Below, one piece after another: positions 26,270-34,724 of a DNA stretch of 44,970 nt. The notes beneath the pieces are model-generated. The model saw only the letters and a list, made by a program, of their open reading frames with translations. It did no database searches and was not told the DNA's origin. Made by a program: the position numbers and the translations under genes. Positions within the stretch are counted from its first letter, which is position 1, and each line of letters opens with the position of its first letter. Source of the stretch: Escherichia phage vB_EcoP_C; sequence record NC_047807.1, one strand, 5' to 3'.

Positions 26270-26479
26270 TTACACCTTCAAGCTAGAAGCTACCGGACGG
26301 ACAAGCCCGCGCTTACCTTTTGCAGATGCAGTCGCATCATCACCACCTGCACCAATCTGTATATCTTCAGCTTCAGTCTCAGGCTTACGCTCAAGCTGCT
26401 GAGCAGGAACCTTGGCTTCAATACGCGGTGCATCTTGAGCAAGACCGACAGCCTTAAATGCTTTCTTTACAATACCCAT
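26270..26479 (-). CDS. Hypothetical protein (69 aa), possibly a small virion protein
   Basis: Strong AAGGAG SD; immediately upstream of portal gene. Confidence 0.55.
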   Translation of the reverse strand: MGIVKKAFKAVGLAQDAPRIEAKVPAQQLERKPETEAEDIQIGAGGDDATASAKGKRGLVRPVASSLKV

Positions 26480-26488
26480 GTGATCTCC

Positions 26489-26950
26489 TTAGAACTTCAG
26501 GTTATACACAGTGCCAAACTGTTCAAAGCCAAGTCGCTTATACATACGTCCGACACGTTCTTCATTAATACCAGAAGCGATAGACAGGCGAACCTCGGAA
26601 CACCCACTATCGTTAGCCCATTGCTTCAAGGCTTTGATGAGGCGCATACCGAGCAGTGTCCCTCGCTTCTCTGGTACAATATAAAAGAGAATGTCAGATG
26701 CAACTCTTACAGGTGTCCAAGGGGCTAACTCGTGATAGCCAGCCCACAGAAAACCTACAATCTGCCCTTCATCTACAGCAACCCATAGGAATAAATCTTC
26801 TCTACTAAGAGATGCACAAAGGTTATGTGCGCTTTGTTCTGCATTCCATGAGGCTGAGTGGTGGGCTACAACCTTGACTTCCTCTTCCACATATTTATTC
26901 CCAAGGTTTATAATCTCAGGAATATCTAGGAATGAAGCTGGACGTATCAT
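26489..26950 (-). CDS. GNAT-family N-acetyltransferase, 153 aa
   Basis: Acetyl-CoA-binding motif-A-like block QIVGF...VRV...YIVPEKRGTLLGMRLIKALKQWA. Confidence 0.75.
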   Translation of the reverse strand: MIRPASFLDIPEIINLGNKYVEEEVKVVAHHSASWNAEQSAHNLCASLSREDLFLWVAVDEGQIVGFLWAGYHELAPWTPVRVASDILFYIVPEKRGTLLGMRLIKALKQWANDSGCSEVRLSIASGINEERVGRMYKRLGFEQFGTVYNLKF

Positions 26951-27069
26951 TGGACCACCAGTTGTGCTCTAACACAATCCATAATGTAACGCTTCACTTC
27001 ATCTACGATTAATTCTTCGTGAGTCTTAGTCACCTTCGGAGAAGAAGGCTTGAGAATCATCTCAAGCAT
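26947..27069 (-). CDS. Small hypothetical protein (start uncertain)
   Basis: ORF-track frame; track start is TTG; internal ATG with GAGGG SD chosen. Confidence 0.3.
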   Translation of the reverse strand: MLEMILKPSSPKVTKTHEELIVDEVKRYIMDCVRAQLVVQ

Positions 27070-27079
27070 CTCCATACCC

Positions 27080-27295
27080 TCAAATGAAATCGTCGGTTTC
27101 TTCTTCGTCTGTACCATAGAGTTCTTCAACCTTCTCTTGGATAGCTTCTACAGAAAGACCAAGCTCTTCTGCATCAGCTAGTAAGGTATATGGCACTTCC
27201 ATGCCACAGGATAAAGTTTCAAAGATAGCTTCTGCTACCTCAACTGCACGAGTTGCCTTCATGCTATCAAAAGAAATCTGGTTCATCTTTGTCAT
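27080..27295 (-). CDS. Small acidic protein (71 aa) with acidic C-terminus ...EEETDDFI
   Basis: ORF track; GGAG SD; strongly acidic. Confidence 0.5.
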   Translation of the reverse strand: MTKMNQISFDSMKATRAVEVAEAIFETLSCGMEVPYTLLADAEELGLSVEAIQEKVEELYGTDEEETDDFI

Positions 27296-28214
27296 GTCTT
27301 AATTCTCCAGCTTTGGGCAGACGAATGTTGCCCTTGCTTGAATCCTGAAGACCTTTTACTTCAAAGATTTTACCAATGACATTCAATCGTCCACCGTGTT
27401 TAATATCGTGGAACATCTGTTCTGCATCTGCATGAGTCCACCCTTTACCTAACATAGCTTTGATTGTCTTTCCTCCTTTCCATTTGAAAATGAGGTTAGC
27501 TACCTTACCTTTGTACTTACCTTTGCCTTCTTCAAAGCCAATACAAGTAAGGTCATAAGTTACCTTACGGACTTCTTTAGTCTGACGATAACCTTTGTGG
27601 CCTGCTTCATAATCACAGTCCAGTTTAAACACAGCACCCTCTCGGCCTGCGTCTATTTGCTCTTGCGCAAACGCTTCAACTTCTCGCTCATTATGGCAAG
27701 GAGTAATAGGAAGGATAGCGTTGTACCCGCTAAGATGAGCGCCGATGCGACGATGTAAAGCATCGTAACGTTTGAGATAAGAAACATCAGTGAATCCATC
27801 ATGGAATGCCTTAATAGTTAACATATCGAAGAAGTCAATATACAGGTTGTCTTTAATCTGCTGGCCTATGAAATCAAGTGGCTCTGTGCGATTAGGGTTA
27901 ACTACTCCAGAAAGTGCTTCAAGGTAGACATCAACAGCCATAGATTGCAACTCACCGAGATAAATGCCAGTAGGGAAAGCTGAATAAGATTCTTCCAAGG
28001 TTTCCGTGTTAGCCAGTTTCTTTCCAGTGCGTCCAAAGACACCAACGACACCATCGTTGCGAACAACCACAGCACTAAATATCCCATCTCGTTTTACCTG
28101 TGCATAACATGGAAAAGTTAATTTCTTCTCAGGTACTTCACCGCGATGTTTCACCAGCATGAATGGGTGATTGCGGTGGTCTTCTGGAAGACCTAGGAAT
28201 TGGAAGATATTCAT
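27267..28214 (-). CDS. ATP-dependent DNA ligase (T7 gp1.3-like), 315 aa
   Basis: Ligase motif I KxDG (CYAQVKRDGIF); AAGGAGG SD; C-terminus DKDEPDFF. Confidence 0.85.
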   Translation of the reverse strand: MNIFQFLGLPEDHRNHPFMLVKHRGEVPEKKLTFPCYAQVKRDGIFSAVVVRNDGVVGVFGRTGKKLANTETLEESYSAFPTGIYLGELQSMAVDVYLEALSGVVNPNRTEPLDFIGQQIKDNLYIDFFDMLTIKAFHDGFTDVSYLKRYDALHRRIGAHLSGYNAILPITPCHNEREVEAFAQEQIDAGREGAVFKLDCDYEAGHKGYRQTKEVRKVTYDLTCIGFEEGKGKYKGKVANLIFKWKGGKTIKAMLGKGWTHADAEQMFHDIKHGGRLNVIGKIFEVKGLQDSSKGNIRLPKAGELRHDKDEPDFF

Positions 28215-28384
28215 TTCACCTCCTTCATCACACCTTTAACTATTGCCTCTTTAAAGTATGCTAAGTCAGAACCATAGGCACTTAGGAACCACATTGCACC
28301 TTCATCATTGGAGGTCAATACAAAACCAAGAGGGCTTACTCTATATAAGTTACCGAAGTACCCTCTATATAGTTTACCTTCCAT
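28211..28384 (-). CDS. Small hypothetical protein (about 57 aa)
   Basis: ORF-track frame; start moved to ATG with GAGGA SD. Confidence 0.35.
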   Translation of the reverse strand: MEGKLYRGYFGNLYRVSPLGFVLTSNDEGAMWFLSAYGSDLAYFKEAIVKGVMKEVK

Positions 28385-28385
28385 A

Positions 28386-28856
28386 TTAAATATCCTCATC
28401 AATACATTCGTGACGATGCTTCTGGAATAGCTCTTTGTAGTAGTCTGCTTTCTTCAGATCTTCTTCCGTGTTGAATTTCTTCCCTGCACGCAGACGATAC
28501 TTCAAAGCATTACCCATGCAATATCCAGCAAATTGCTTCTCGGTCATACTACGAGCAATGATAGTGATTGCCTCTACCCCATCGAAGAACTCGTAGTGCT
28601 TAGGCTTAGTAACCATATTGTTGTCCAACGTGCTAGGATCTTCACCTTGCAATGAGTCAACAACCTTGAAGTAAGGTGCATACCATTCGCGCTTCTCAAC
28701 ACCTTCTAACATGATAGAGTTATAATTAGGTTCTGCACGGGATACTTTGAATACCCCATCTGGTTTCTTGTCTAGGCTTTCACACAGTTTATTCCAGATG
28801 GCATCTCGGTAAGCTGCACGGCGTACGACGTATTCGCCAATATAAATCTTTGACAT
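28386..28856 (-). CDS. Conserved hypothetical phage protein (about 156 aa)
   Basis: Start moved to ATG at 28856 (GGAGG SD); C-terminal block KPKHY...GNALKYRLRAGKK resembles a widespread small phage domain (recalled, unverified). Confidence 0.55.
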   Translation of the reverse strand: MSKIYIGEYVVRRAAYRDAIWNKLCESLDKKPDGVFKVSRAEPNYNSIMLEGVEKREWYAPYFKVVDSLQGEDPSTLDNNMVTKPKHYEFFDGVEAITIIARSMTEKQFAGYCMGNALKYRLRAGKKFNTEEDLKKADYYKELFQKHRHECIDEDI

Positions 28857-28907
28857 AATTAATTCCTCCATTCACTATACAATCAAGGGCAAGCTAATAC
28901 CTACCCT

Positions 28908-28930
28908 TTGTTCTATAGTGTCAACTAAAT
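28908..28930 (-). promoter_or_regulatory. SP6-type phage RNAP promoter (ATTTAGTTGACACTATAGAACAA)
   Basis: Promoter family member overlapping the phosphoesterase stop codon. Confidence 0.7.
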
Positions 28931-29932
28931 CTTACCAATCCAGCGATTGTCATTATTGGTCTGCATCGGGACAATGTGCGGCACACCCTCCAGAATAACC
29001 ACACAACCTAATGCTGGCTTGTATTTGGACTCACGACCATAGGCAAATGCACGAGATGACTCATCAATCAAACAGCCTCCCTGCACAGCCCAATACTGTT
29101 CATGGGTGTTACGTGCATACTCCACCGACATCTTCCCATGCAAGTGACCACACACTAAGTTCATGCGCTCATGTGCTGCATCTGCTAGGACAGCGCCAGC
29201 AGGTTGATGCTTGAACGCCACCTGCTCACCATTAGGTAGCTCAAGTACATGCGTATGCTGCCAGTCCCACTGGTCGCCACCTCCCTGCGGGAAGAAGACT
29301 TCACGGTATGTGCGCAGGTATTGCACAGGGATGCCATGAGCACTGGCCTTACGGAAATGTAAGGAGCCATGATTAGAGTGGCAGATGCGCATTACAGGGA
29401 ACATCTTATGTAATTTACGCATGAAGATACGAGCCTTCTCTAACTCCATACCAGCCGAATCCAGATTAGGATCTGACGTATGGAATGAAAGTGCGTGCTT
29501 GTCCGCCTCATCACCAAGATGAACTACAGTGTCTGGACGGTAACGTGCTGCCACCGCTGCCAGAAACTCTAATGTATCTGGATGCTCATAAGGTGCATGG
29601 GTGTCAGGTATTACCAGTACACTTCGATGAGGCGAGTCAGGCAATGGTACAATAGCCAAATCCTCGTAGCGGTCAGGAGTCCTGAGCTTACGTTCTTCTT
29701 TGATAGCACGGTTCGCAATAGCCAAGGTTTCATACGCCTCGCCATTCTTCTTCCGCTTTTCAAATTGTTTGGCCCAATACTTTGCAAGCTGCCTTGTAAC
29801 TGTAGTCCCGTGTGTGTTATCTGAGAGAATAGACGCCATTAGGCGATAGTTGATAGTGCCATCATCCCGCTTTGCACTTTCAACTGCTTCTTCTACCTCC
29901 TTATTAGTAAACAAGTTTCTAATCTTACCCAT
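28925..29932 (-). CDS. Calcineurin-like metallophosphoesterase, about 335 aa
   Basis: Motifs DTH, GDEAD, SNHG, GHLH in canonical order; ATG overlaps HNH endonuclease stop (TAATG). Confidence 0.7.
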   Translation of the reverse strand: MGKIRNLFTNKEVEEAVESAKRDDGTINYRLMASILSDNTHGTTVTRQLAKYWAKQFEKRKKNGEAYETLAIANRAIKEERKLRTPDRYEDLAIVPLPDSPHRSVLVIPDTHAPYEHPDTLEFLAAVAARYRPDTVVHLGDEADKHALSFHTSDPNLDSAGMELEKARIFMRKLHKMFPVMRICHSNHGSLHFRKASAHGIPVQYLRTYREVFFPQGGGDQWDWQHTHVLELPNGEQVAFKHQPAGAVLADAAHERMNLVCGHLHGKMSVEYARNTHEQYWAVQGGCLIDESSRAFAYGRESKYKPALGCVVILEGVPHIVPMQTNNDNRWIGKI

Positions 29933-30363
29933 TATTCTTTCCAAACCCTCCCGCTTACAATATCACTAATGGTAGCAGGTGAGACATTATATAGCTTAGC
30001 TAGTCGTAACCTCTCACCTTTCTTATTAGCAACATATGTTGCCCTGATAGCACGTACAACATCCCAAGTTAGTTTAGCACGATTATTATTTTCTCCTGCA
30101 AAGCTAGCACGTCTGCCTCGATCTATCATATCTTGTATGTTGTCCTGCTGTGTACCAGATATTAAGTGTGCAGGGTTTATACACCTTGCATTATCACAAG
30201 TGTGTCTAATCACTACATCCTTTATATCCTCTATAGAAAGGCCGTGGTGCTCTGCATAGACCACGCGATGAAGTAATTGTAACCTCTTACTAGGTTTATG
30301 CCACGACCTGTAGTAACCTAATTGATTTAAGCATTTATAATGCCCGTGGTCTATACAGTCCAT
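29932..30363 (-). CDS. HNH homing endonuclease, free-standing (about 143 aa)
   Basis: HNH block HHGLSIEDIKDVVIRHTCDNARCINPAHL plus C-terminal HTH-like tail; start moved to ATG at 30363 with AAGGAG SD. Confidence 0.8.
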   Translation of the reverse strand: MDCIDHGHYKCLNQLGYYRSWHKPSKRLQLLHRVVYAEHHGLSIEDIKDVVIRHTCDNARCINPAHLISGTQQDNIQDMIDRGRRASFAGENNNRAKLTWDVVRAIRATYVANKKGERLRLAKLYNVSPATISDIVSGRVWKE

Positions 30364-30364
30364 A

Positions 30365-30766
30365 TCATACTCCTTTCTTTCTTGCATAAGCAAGGCGTGC
30401 CTTACGGTTCTTAGCCTCGCGCTTCTCTGCCTCCGTTTGATGTTTGTGATATAACTTATCTGTCTGAGGCGTACTATGTAACTTCCAGTATTCATACAGT
30501 CGTTCTAACCATTGAAGCTGGAAGTAACGGTTATTACCTGCCTTGCCATAACCAGAGATAACACCCTTAATCTTCCCTTCCGCACCATTGCAGCCTCGGC
30601 ATACAACAGCGCGGCAGAATCCTGTCTCATGGTCATGGTCAAGTACACGGTTTACAGGTGTGACAGCTTTGAGACTGCCGCCACACAGAGGGCATTTCCA
30701 GCCTTGCTTATCCAGCAATTCCTTCTTATAAGCTGCCACCTCCGATGCTTTTAATTTGCTAACCAT
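30365..30766 (-). CDS. Endonuclease VII-like junction-resolving nuclease, 133 aa
   Basis: Cys-rich zinc site (CPLCGG...CRGCNG) and DHDH motif typical of the T4 endonuclease VII family. Confidence 0.7.
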   Translation of the reverse strand: MVSKLKASEVAAYKKELLDKQGWKCPLCGGSLKAVTPVNRVLDHDHETGFCRAVVCRGCNGAEGKIKGVISGYGKAGNNRYFQLQWLERLYEYWKLHSTPQTDKLYHKHQTEAEKREAKNRKARLAYARKKGV

Positions 30767-31779
30767 TCCGCATCATCTCCCCACAAGATTGGGTTCTTAT
30801 CGGCTCGCCATATATCACCTTTGAATCTAGCCATGTGAGCTAGGCGACCACATTCAAGCATCAGGTCAAAGGCTTTGCCGATACGATAACCACCTCGGTA
30901 ATTCTTAATCTTAACTTGTCCATGCCCGAACTTAGCCTTGTAAGCACCCAGCACTGCCATGTACAACTCTTTCTCTGTCTTACAATCTTTGAGAAGATCA
31001 TAGGCATATTTAGCACCACGACCTGGTATGCCAGCATAGTTATCAATATCATCACCGATAATCATCTGTGCATAGTGGAACATGAGGCCAGCACCTTTTA
31101 GATCTTTGACTTGCCCATTAGCCTTACGGCGTAGCTCAAGCCAGCCCATAGGCTCTACCCACTTCTTCTCTTGACCCGGCTGTAGATGCCAACCGGGAAC
31201 AATCATCAAATCCTTATCCAAGGAAACGATGCAAGTATCAGAGAATGCTTTATGCTCTGGACTACCGATAGGGAACTCGTTACCTGTATCTTGCTGGAAG
31301 CGGCGGTGGCTGTCCCATTGTGCGATACTCATGAGGTCGTCTGCTTCCTCTCCATCTGCCAAGATTGCACCGTGAACCTCTAAGAGATGCTCTCGCAATT
31401 CATAGAAGAATGGAGGCTTCTCGGTCTTACGTTGGCCTTTATAAGGCTTGGTGAATGCTAGGCGGACACGGAAGTTAGCTTCTGATTTCGTCATGAATAA
31501 CTTAGCTGCATCACATTCTGCTGCATACACCCAAGAGTTAAGCAAGGAGTTCACACGGTCACACGCTTGCTTACACTCAGGCGTATCTTTGATTGATGGG
31601 ACTTGTCCTGACTTAACACGAGTTGTGGCTCGTACATAAGTCATGTCGCTGATTGTATACGCGACGATGTAAGGCAACATATCGGCATCTATTAAAGCGA
31701 TTCGATTACCTTCAGTCGGCCACAGGATGAGATTATTGTCTTCCGATACTGTAGCTCCGAAGTCGAAGTTTGGTCGCAT
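30751..31779 (-). CDS. 5'-3' exonuclease (T7 gp6-like, FEN family), about 342 aa
   Basis: Recalled similarity to T7 gene 6 exonuclease; start moved to ATG at 31779 with AAGGAG SD. Confidence 0.8.
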   Translation of the reverse strand: MRPNFDFGATVSEDNNLILWPTEGNRIALIDADMLPYIVAYTISDMTYVRATTRVKSGQVPSIKDTPECKQACDRVNSLLNSWVYAAECDAAKLFMTKSEANFRVRLAFTKPYKGQRKTEKPPFFYELREHLLEVHGAILADGEEADDLMSIAQWDSHRRFQQDTGNEFPIGSPEHKAFSDTCIVSLDKDLMIVPGWHLQPGQEKKWVEPMGWLELRRKANGQVKDLKGAGLMFHYAQMIIGDDIDNYAGIPGRGAKYAYDLLKDCKTEKELYMAVLGAYKAKFGHGQVKIKNYRGGYRIGKAFDLMLECGRLAHMARFKGDIWRADKNPILWGDDAEWLAN

Positions 31780-31964
31780 GTAGGCCACTCCTTCAAGAAG
31801 GAGGACACCGCATCATGGAGGTTCTGTCTTAACCAATAGTCATCCCATTGTCTCACCTCCACTAGCTTCTCACCAGTTTTGTAATCATAGGCAACCCCAA
31901 TATACTGTCTGGTGATTGCATTGTAGCTAATGTCCAGTTCAATTCGAGATTCAATAGTCGGCAT
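31692..31964 (-). CDS. Hypothetical protein (90 aa) overlapping the exonuclease start by about 88 nt
   Basis: ORF track; GGAG SD; 3' third overlaps exonuclease out of frame. Confidence 0.45.
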   Translation of the reverse strand: MPTIESRIELDISYNAITRQYIGVAYDYKTGEKLVEVRQWDDYWLRQNLHDAVSSFLKEWPTCDQTSTSELQYRKTIISSCGRLKVIESL

Positions 31965-32081
31965 AATTCATTCTCCAATAACTATTACGCAAAAGACCCT
32001 GCCTACACTAAGGCAGACAGGGCATTAGATGAGGTGAGCGTGATAGTCAACTAGGACTAACAGAGGCTACACCTGCTATTA

Positions 32082-32453
32082 TCAAAACTCTTCCTCTTCG
32101 CTAACCGGAGCTTCCGGTGCAGACACTTCTACTGCCGGAGCTTCAGCTTCTTCAGCAGCTTTAACTTCTTTCACTGGTTTACCAGCAGCAATCCAATCCA
32201 GATATTCAGCTACGATGTTAGCCTTACCGATCTGGGCTTTGTCAGCCTGCTCAGGGAAGCAAGCACGAGCGAACTCCAGACCATCAGCGAAGTTACCCAT
32301 GCTGTCAATCTTAGCCTGAGCTTCTTCACGGGTATCGTAAGCCTTAGTACCAGCTACCAGTTGATCAGCTTCATCAACGATAATGAAAGACTCAACGGAT
32401 ACCAGAGCAGCACCTTTAACAACACGGTTTACGATAGTTTCAATCTTGAACAT
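32082..32453 (-). CDS. Hypothetical protein with acidic C-terminal tail ending ...SEEEEF (123 aa)
   Basis: AAAAGGAG SD; directly downstream of promoter 32504-32526. Confidence 0.6.
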   Translation of the reverse strand: MFKIETIVNRVVKGAALVSVESFIIVDEADQLVAGTKAYDTREEAQAKIDSMGNFADGLEFARACFPEQADKAQIGKANIVAEYLDWIAAGKPVKEVKAAEEAEAPAVEVSAPEAPVSEEEEF

Positions 32454-32503
32454 ATTAAATTCTCCTTTTGTTGGTTATGGCATTATCGCCGATTAAAATT
32501 CTT

Positions 32504-32526
32504 CTCTTCTATAGTGTCCAGTAAAT
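32504..32526 (-). promoter_or_regulatory. SP6-type phage RNAP promoter (ATTTACTGGACACTATAGAAGAG)
   Basis: Promoter family member; intergenic. Confidence 0.75.
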
Positions 32527-32541
32527 ACCGGACACCGATTT

Positions 32542-32557
32542 GTCTCACACGTGAGAC
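32542..32557. repeat. Perfect 16-bp palindrome GTCTCACACGTGAGAC
   Basis: Copy of GTCTCAC-NN-GTGAGAC; about 15 nt upstream of promoter 32504-32526. Confidence 0.8.
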
Positions 32558-32558
32558 T

Positions 32559-32777
32559 TTATAAAACTGTGTTCACCTGAGCAATGTCATGCGCCGGAAG
32601 CGATACGCCGTGGCGTTTCCCCGTAGCTGGGTCGCTGTAGTTCACCACGTGCTGTCCGTCGCGCCAGATGTAGTGCAGGTCGGCATATGTGTCCCCTTCA
32701 GAGAAGGAGTGAAAAGTGTTGCCGCCAAGAGTTGTAATTCCTTTCTTGCAGTGCAGGGTTACGATTTGTACTTTCAT
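32559..32777 (-). CDS. Hypothetical protein (72 aa)
   Basis: ORF track; strong TTAAGGAG SD. Confidence 0.55.
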   Translation of the reverse strand: MKVQIVTLHCKKGITTLGGNTFHSFSEGDTYADLHYIWRDGQHVVNYSDPATGKRHGVSLPAHDIAQVNTVL

Positions 32778-32786
32778 CCTTTCTCC

Positions 32787-33593
32787 TTAATATTCCGCGT
32801 CCTCATCCATCTCCGGTGCAGGAGTATCTTCTGCTTCAGGTACTTCCTGTGGAACAGACTCACCAGTATCCAGAGATTTACGATTAGCTGGGGTAGCATC
32901 TTCCTCGTCTTTCTTCTTAGCCTTCTTCCATTCAGGGTCTTCTTCACGAGCAGCTTTGATAATAGCTTCTACGTGAGAGCCAGCAACAGACAGGTTCTTA
33001 CCACGAGGTGTCTCGTTCAGGAAGTATTGACGTACCAAGTTAGCTGGGATGTCATCAAGGATTTCTTTGGTCAGCTTGTCGAAGGTGATATGACCTGTCA
33101 TAGACAGACCTTCCTCTTCTACCTGAGCCAGTACAAGCTTCTTCAACTTATCAGGCATACCGCCAAAGCCTTTCCAGTTAACATACTTGAAAGTACCATC
33201 ATCATTCTTGTCGCCAGAGCCAACCATAGTTGCAGTCAGACATTCACCGATAAAATCATCGAAGCCACCCAGCAACTCTTTAGGGTCAACTGCATTCAGG
33301 AACTTAGTCAGTGTTGCCTTATCACCAGACTTCAGAGGCACAGCCATCCATTGTTCCATGCGAGAATCATCTTCATTCTTATCGTCGTCACCCATCAGGA
33401 TAATCTTAACAAGAACAAAGTTTGCTGGCTTCTTAACTTCAGTGGTATTACCTTTCTTAAAGATATCTTGGAAGGAACCAACATGAATGATGCCAGAGAT
33501 TACTGCTTCATGATCACCAACTTCAGGGTTCTTAAATACTTTACCTTCAGCTTTAGTAACCTGAGCACCAAAATCAAAATCACCACGTGCCAT
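32787..33593 (-). CDS. Candidate ssDNA-binding protein (acidic C-terminal tail ...EMDEDAEY), 268 aa
   Basis: Position in replication module; acidic tail ending in an aromatic residue as in T7 gp2.5; primary sequence not obviously gp2.5-like. Confidence 0.5.
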   Translation of the reverse strand: MARGDFDFGAQVTKAEGKVFKNPEVGDHEAVISGIIHVGSFQDIFKKGNTTEVKKPANFVLVKIILMGDDDKNEDDSRMEQWMAVPLKSGDKATLTKFLNAVDPKELLGGFDDFIGECLTATMVGSGDKNDDGTFKYVNWKGFGGMPDKLKKLVLAQVEEEGLSMTGHITFDKLTKEILDDIPANLVRQYFLNETPRGKNLSVAGSHVEAIIKAAREEDPEWKKAKKKDEEDATPANRKSLDTGESVPQEVPEAEDTPAPEMDEDAEY

Positions 33594-33650
33594 TTATTTA
33601 GTCTCCTATTGTTACACTACACAATCATAGGCCGAACTAAGCCGACCTAT

Positions 33651-33673
33651 TGTTCTATAGTGTCCAGTAATTA
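33651..33673 (-). promoter_or_regulatory. SP6-type phage RNAP promoter variant (AATTACTGGACACTATAGAACAA)
   Basis: Promoter family member overlapping the stop of the upstream gene. Confidence 0.7.
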
Positions 33674-33970
33674 CTTATGAACTACCTTAATACGTGCAAT
33701 AGTATCGAGAGGGTAGACATAACTAACACATTCACCATCTTCAACCTCTTGTACATTTACACTAGCCATAGTGTCACAAAGTGAAAGGCTCAATTGATGA
33801 CAAGTTTCACCTTGAGTAAACTCTGGACCACGATAGGCATCTGCTTGTTCCACAGTAGTGATTGCTGTATCGTCTTCTTTAGCCAGACGAGTGTGACCTG
33901 CAACTTTACGCTGCTCTAGATCACGAAAGATGATACCTACATGTTTAGCTTGAATCACTTCTTCCATCAT
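33671..33970 (-). CDS. Hypothetical protein (99 aa)
   Basis: ORF track; AAGGAG SD. Confidence 0.55.
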   Translation of the reverse strand: MMEEVIQAKHVGIIFRDLEQRKVAGHTRLAKEDDTAITTVEQADAYRGPEFTQGETCHQLSLSLCDTMASVNVQEVEDGECVSYVYPLDTIARIKVVHK

Positions 33971-33976
33971 AACTCC

Positions 33977-34354
33977 TTATTTAGTCAAGTTGTCCAGTTC
34001 TATTTCCAGCATAACAATCTCTTTCTTCAGGCTGTCAGATGCAGCTTGATTTACAAGAGCAATTGATGCCTTGTTCTCTTCAAATTCAGCTTTCAGGCTG
34101 TCACGCTCTTGCTGGTGACGTGCCAGCATATCTTCTACCTCTTTGACTTGACGTGCATTTAGTTCATCACGAGATGCATAGTAGCGGTTATGACAGTCAA
34201 TCATTTGAGAACTACGATGTTCTTCAACTTTAACTTGCTCTGCCTGTACTGCTTCGATGCGAGCCTCAATAGCTTTGATAGCCTTGGACTTGAACTTATT
34301 AGCAAGACCACGAAAGTATTGAGCCACGAATACCAGAGTAGTTACCATAGACAT
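33977..34354 (-). CDS. Hypothetical coiled-coil protein (125 aa)
   Basis: ORF track; AGGAG SD; heptad-like charged/hydrophobic pattern. Confidence 0.6.
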   Translation of the reverse strand: MSMVTTLVFVAQYFRGLANKFKSKAIKAIEARIEAVQAEQVKVEEHRSSQMIDCHNRYYASRDELNARQVKEVEDMLARHQQERDSLKAEFEENKASIALVNQAASDSLKKEIVMLEIELDNLTK

Positions 34355-34418
34355 ATTTATATCTCCTATATTTATTTAATTACCTATACTACCTTATAAA
34401 CCTAGATTACCTAGGCTT

Positions 34419-34441
34419 TCCTTCTATAGTGTCCAGTAAAT
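34419..34441 (-). promoter_or_regulatory. SP6-type phage RNAP promoter (ATTTACTGGACACTATAGAAGGA)
   Basis: Promoter family member; intergenic downstream of DNA polymerase. Confidence 0.75.
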
Positions 34442-34509
34442 CATGTTAGACTAAATAAGTAGGAATAAGTTATTCATAAAGGCCACTCGTAAGTGACCTT
34501 GAGTATAAC

Positions 34510-34608
34510 TCAGTCGTAGTTACCATCACAATCTGGGTCAATGCCAGAGAAAGCCCAGAATACTACCATAAATAATATGACTCCAAGAATAATAAAAGAT
34601 GCCTGCAT
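34510..34608 (-). CDS. Tiny membrane protein (32 aa), translationally coupled
   Basis: Hand translation MQASFIILGVILFMVVFWAFSGIDPDCDGNYD; ATG overlaps preceding stop (TGATG). Confidence 0.3.
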   Translation of the reverse strand: MQASFIILGVILFMVVFWAFSGIDPDCDGNYD

Positions 34609-34724
34609 CAATCGTAACCCTCCTCTTCATCAGGTATATCTAATCGCATACTTCCATAGCAAGCAAGCATAAGGAATATAAGAAAGAAAGTGGAGAATAG
34701 GCAAACAATATCAAACCTGTCCAT
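34608..34724 (-). CDS. Tiny membrane protein (38 aa), translationally coupled to DNA polymerase
   Basis: Hand translation MDRFDIVCLFSTFFLIFLMLACYGSMRLDIPDEEEGYD; ATG overlaps DNA polymerase stop. Confidence 0.3.
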   Translation of the reverse strand: MDRFDIVCLFSTFFLIFLMLACYGSMRLDIPDEEEGYD

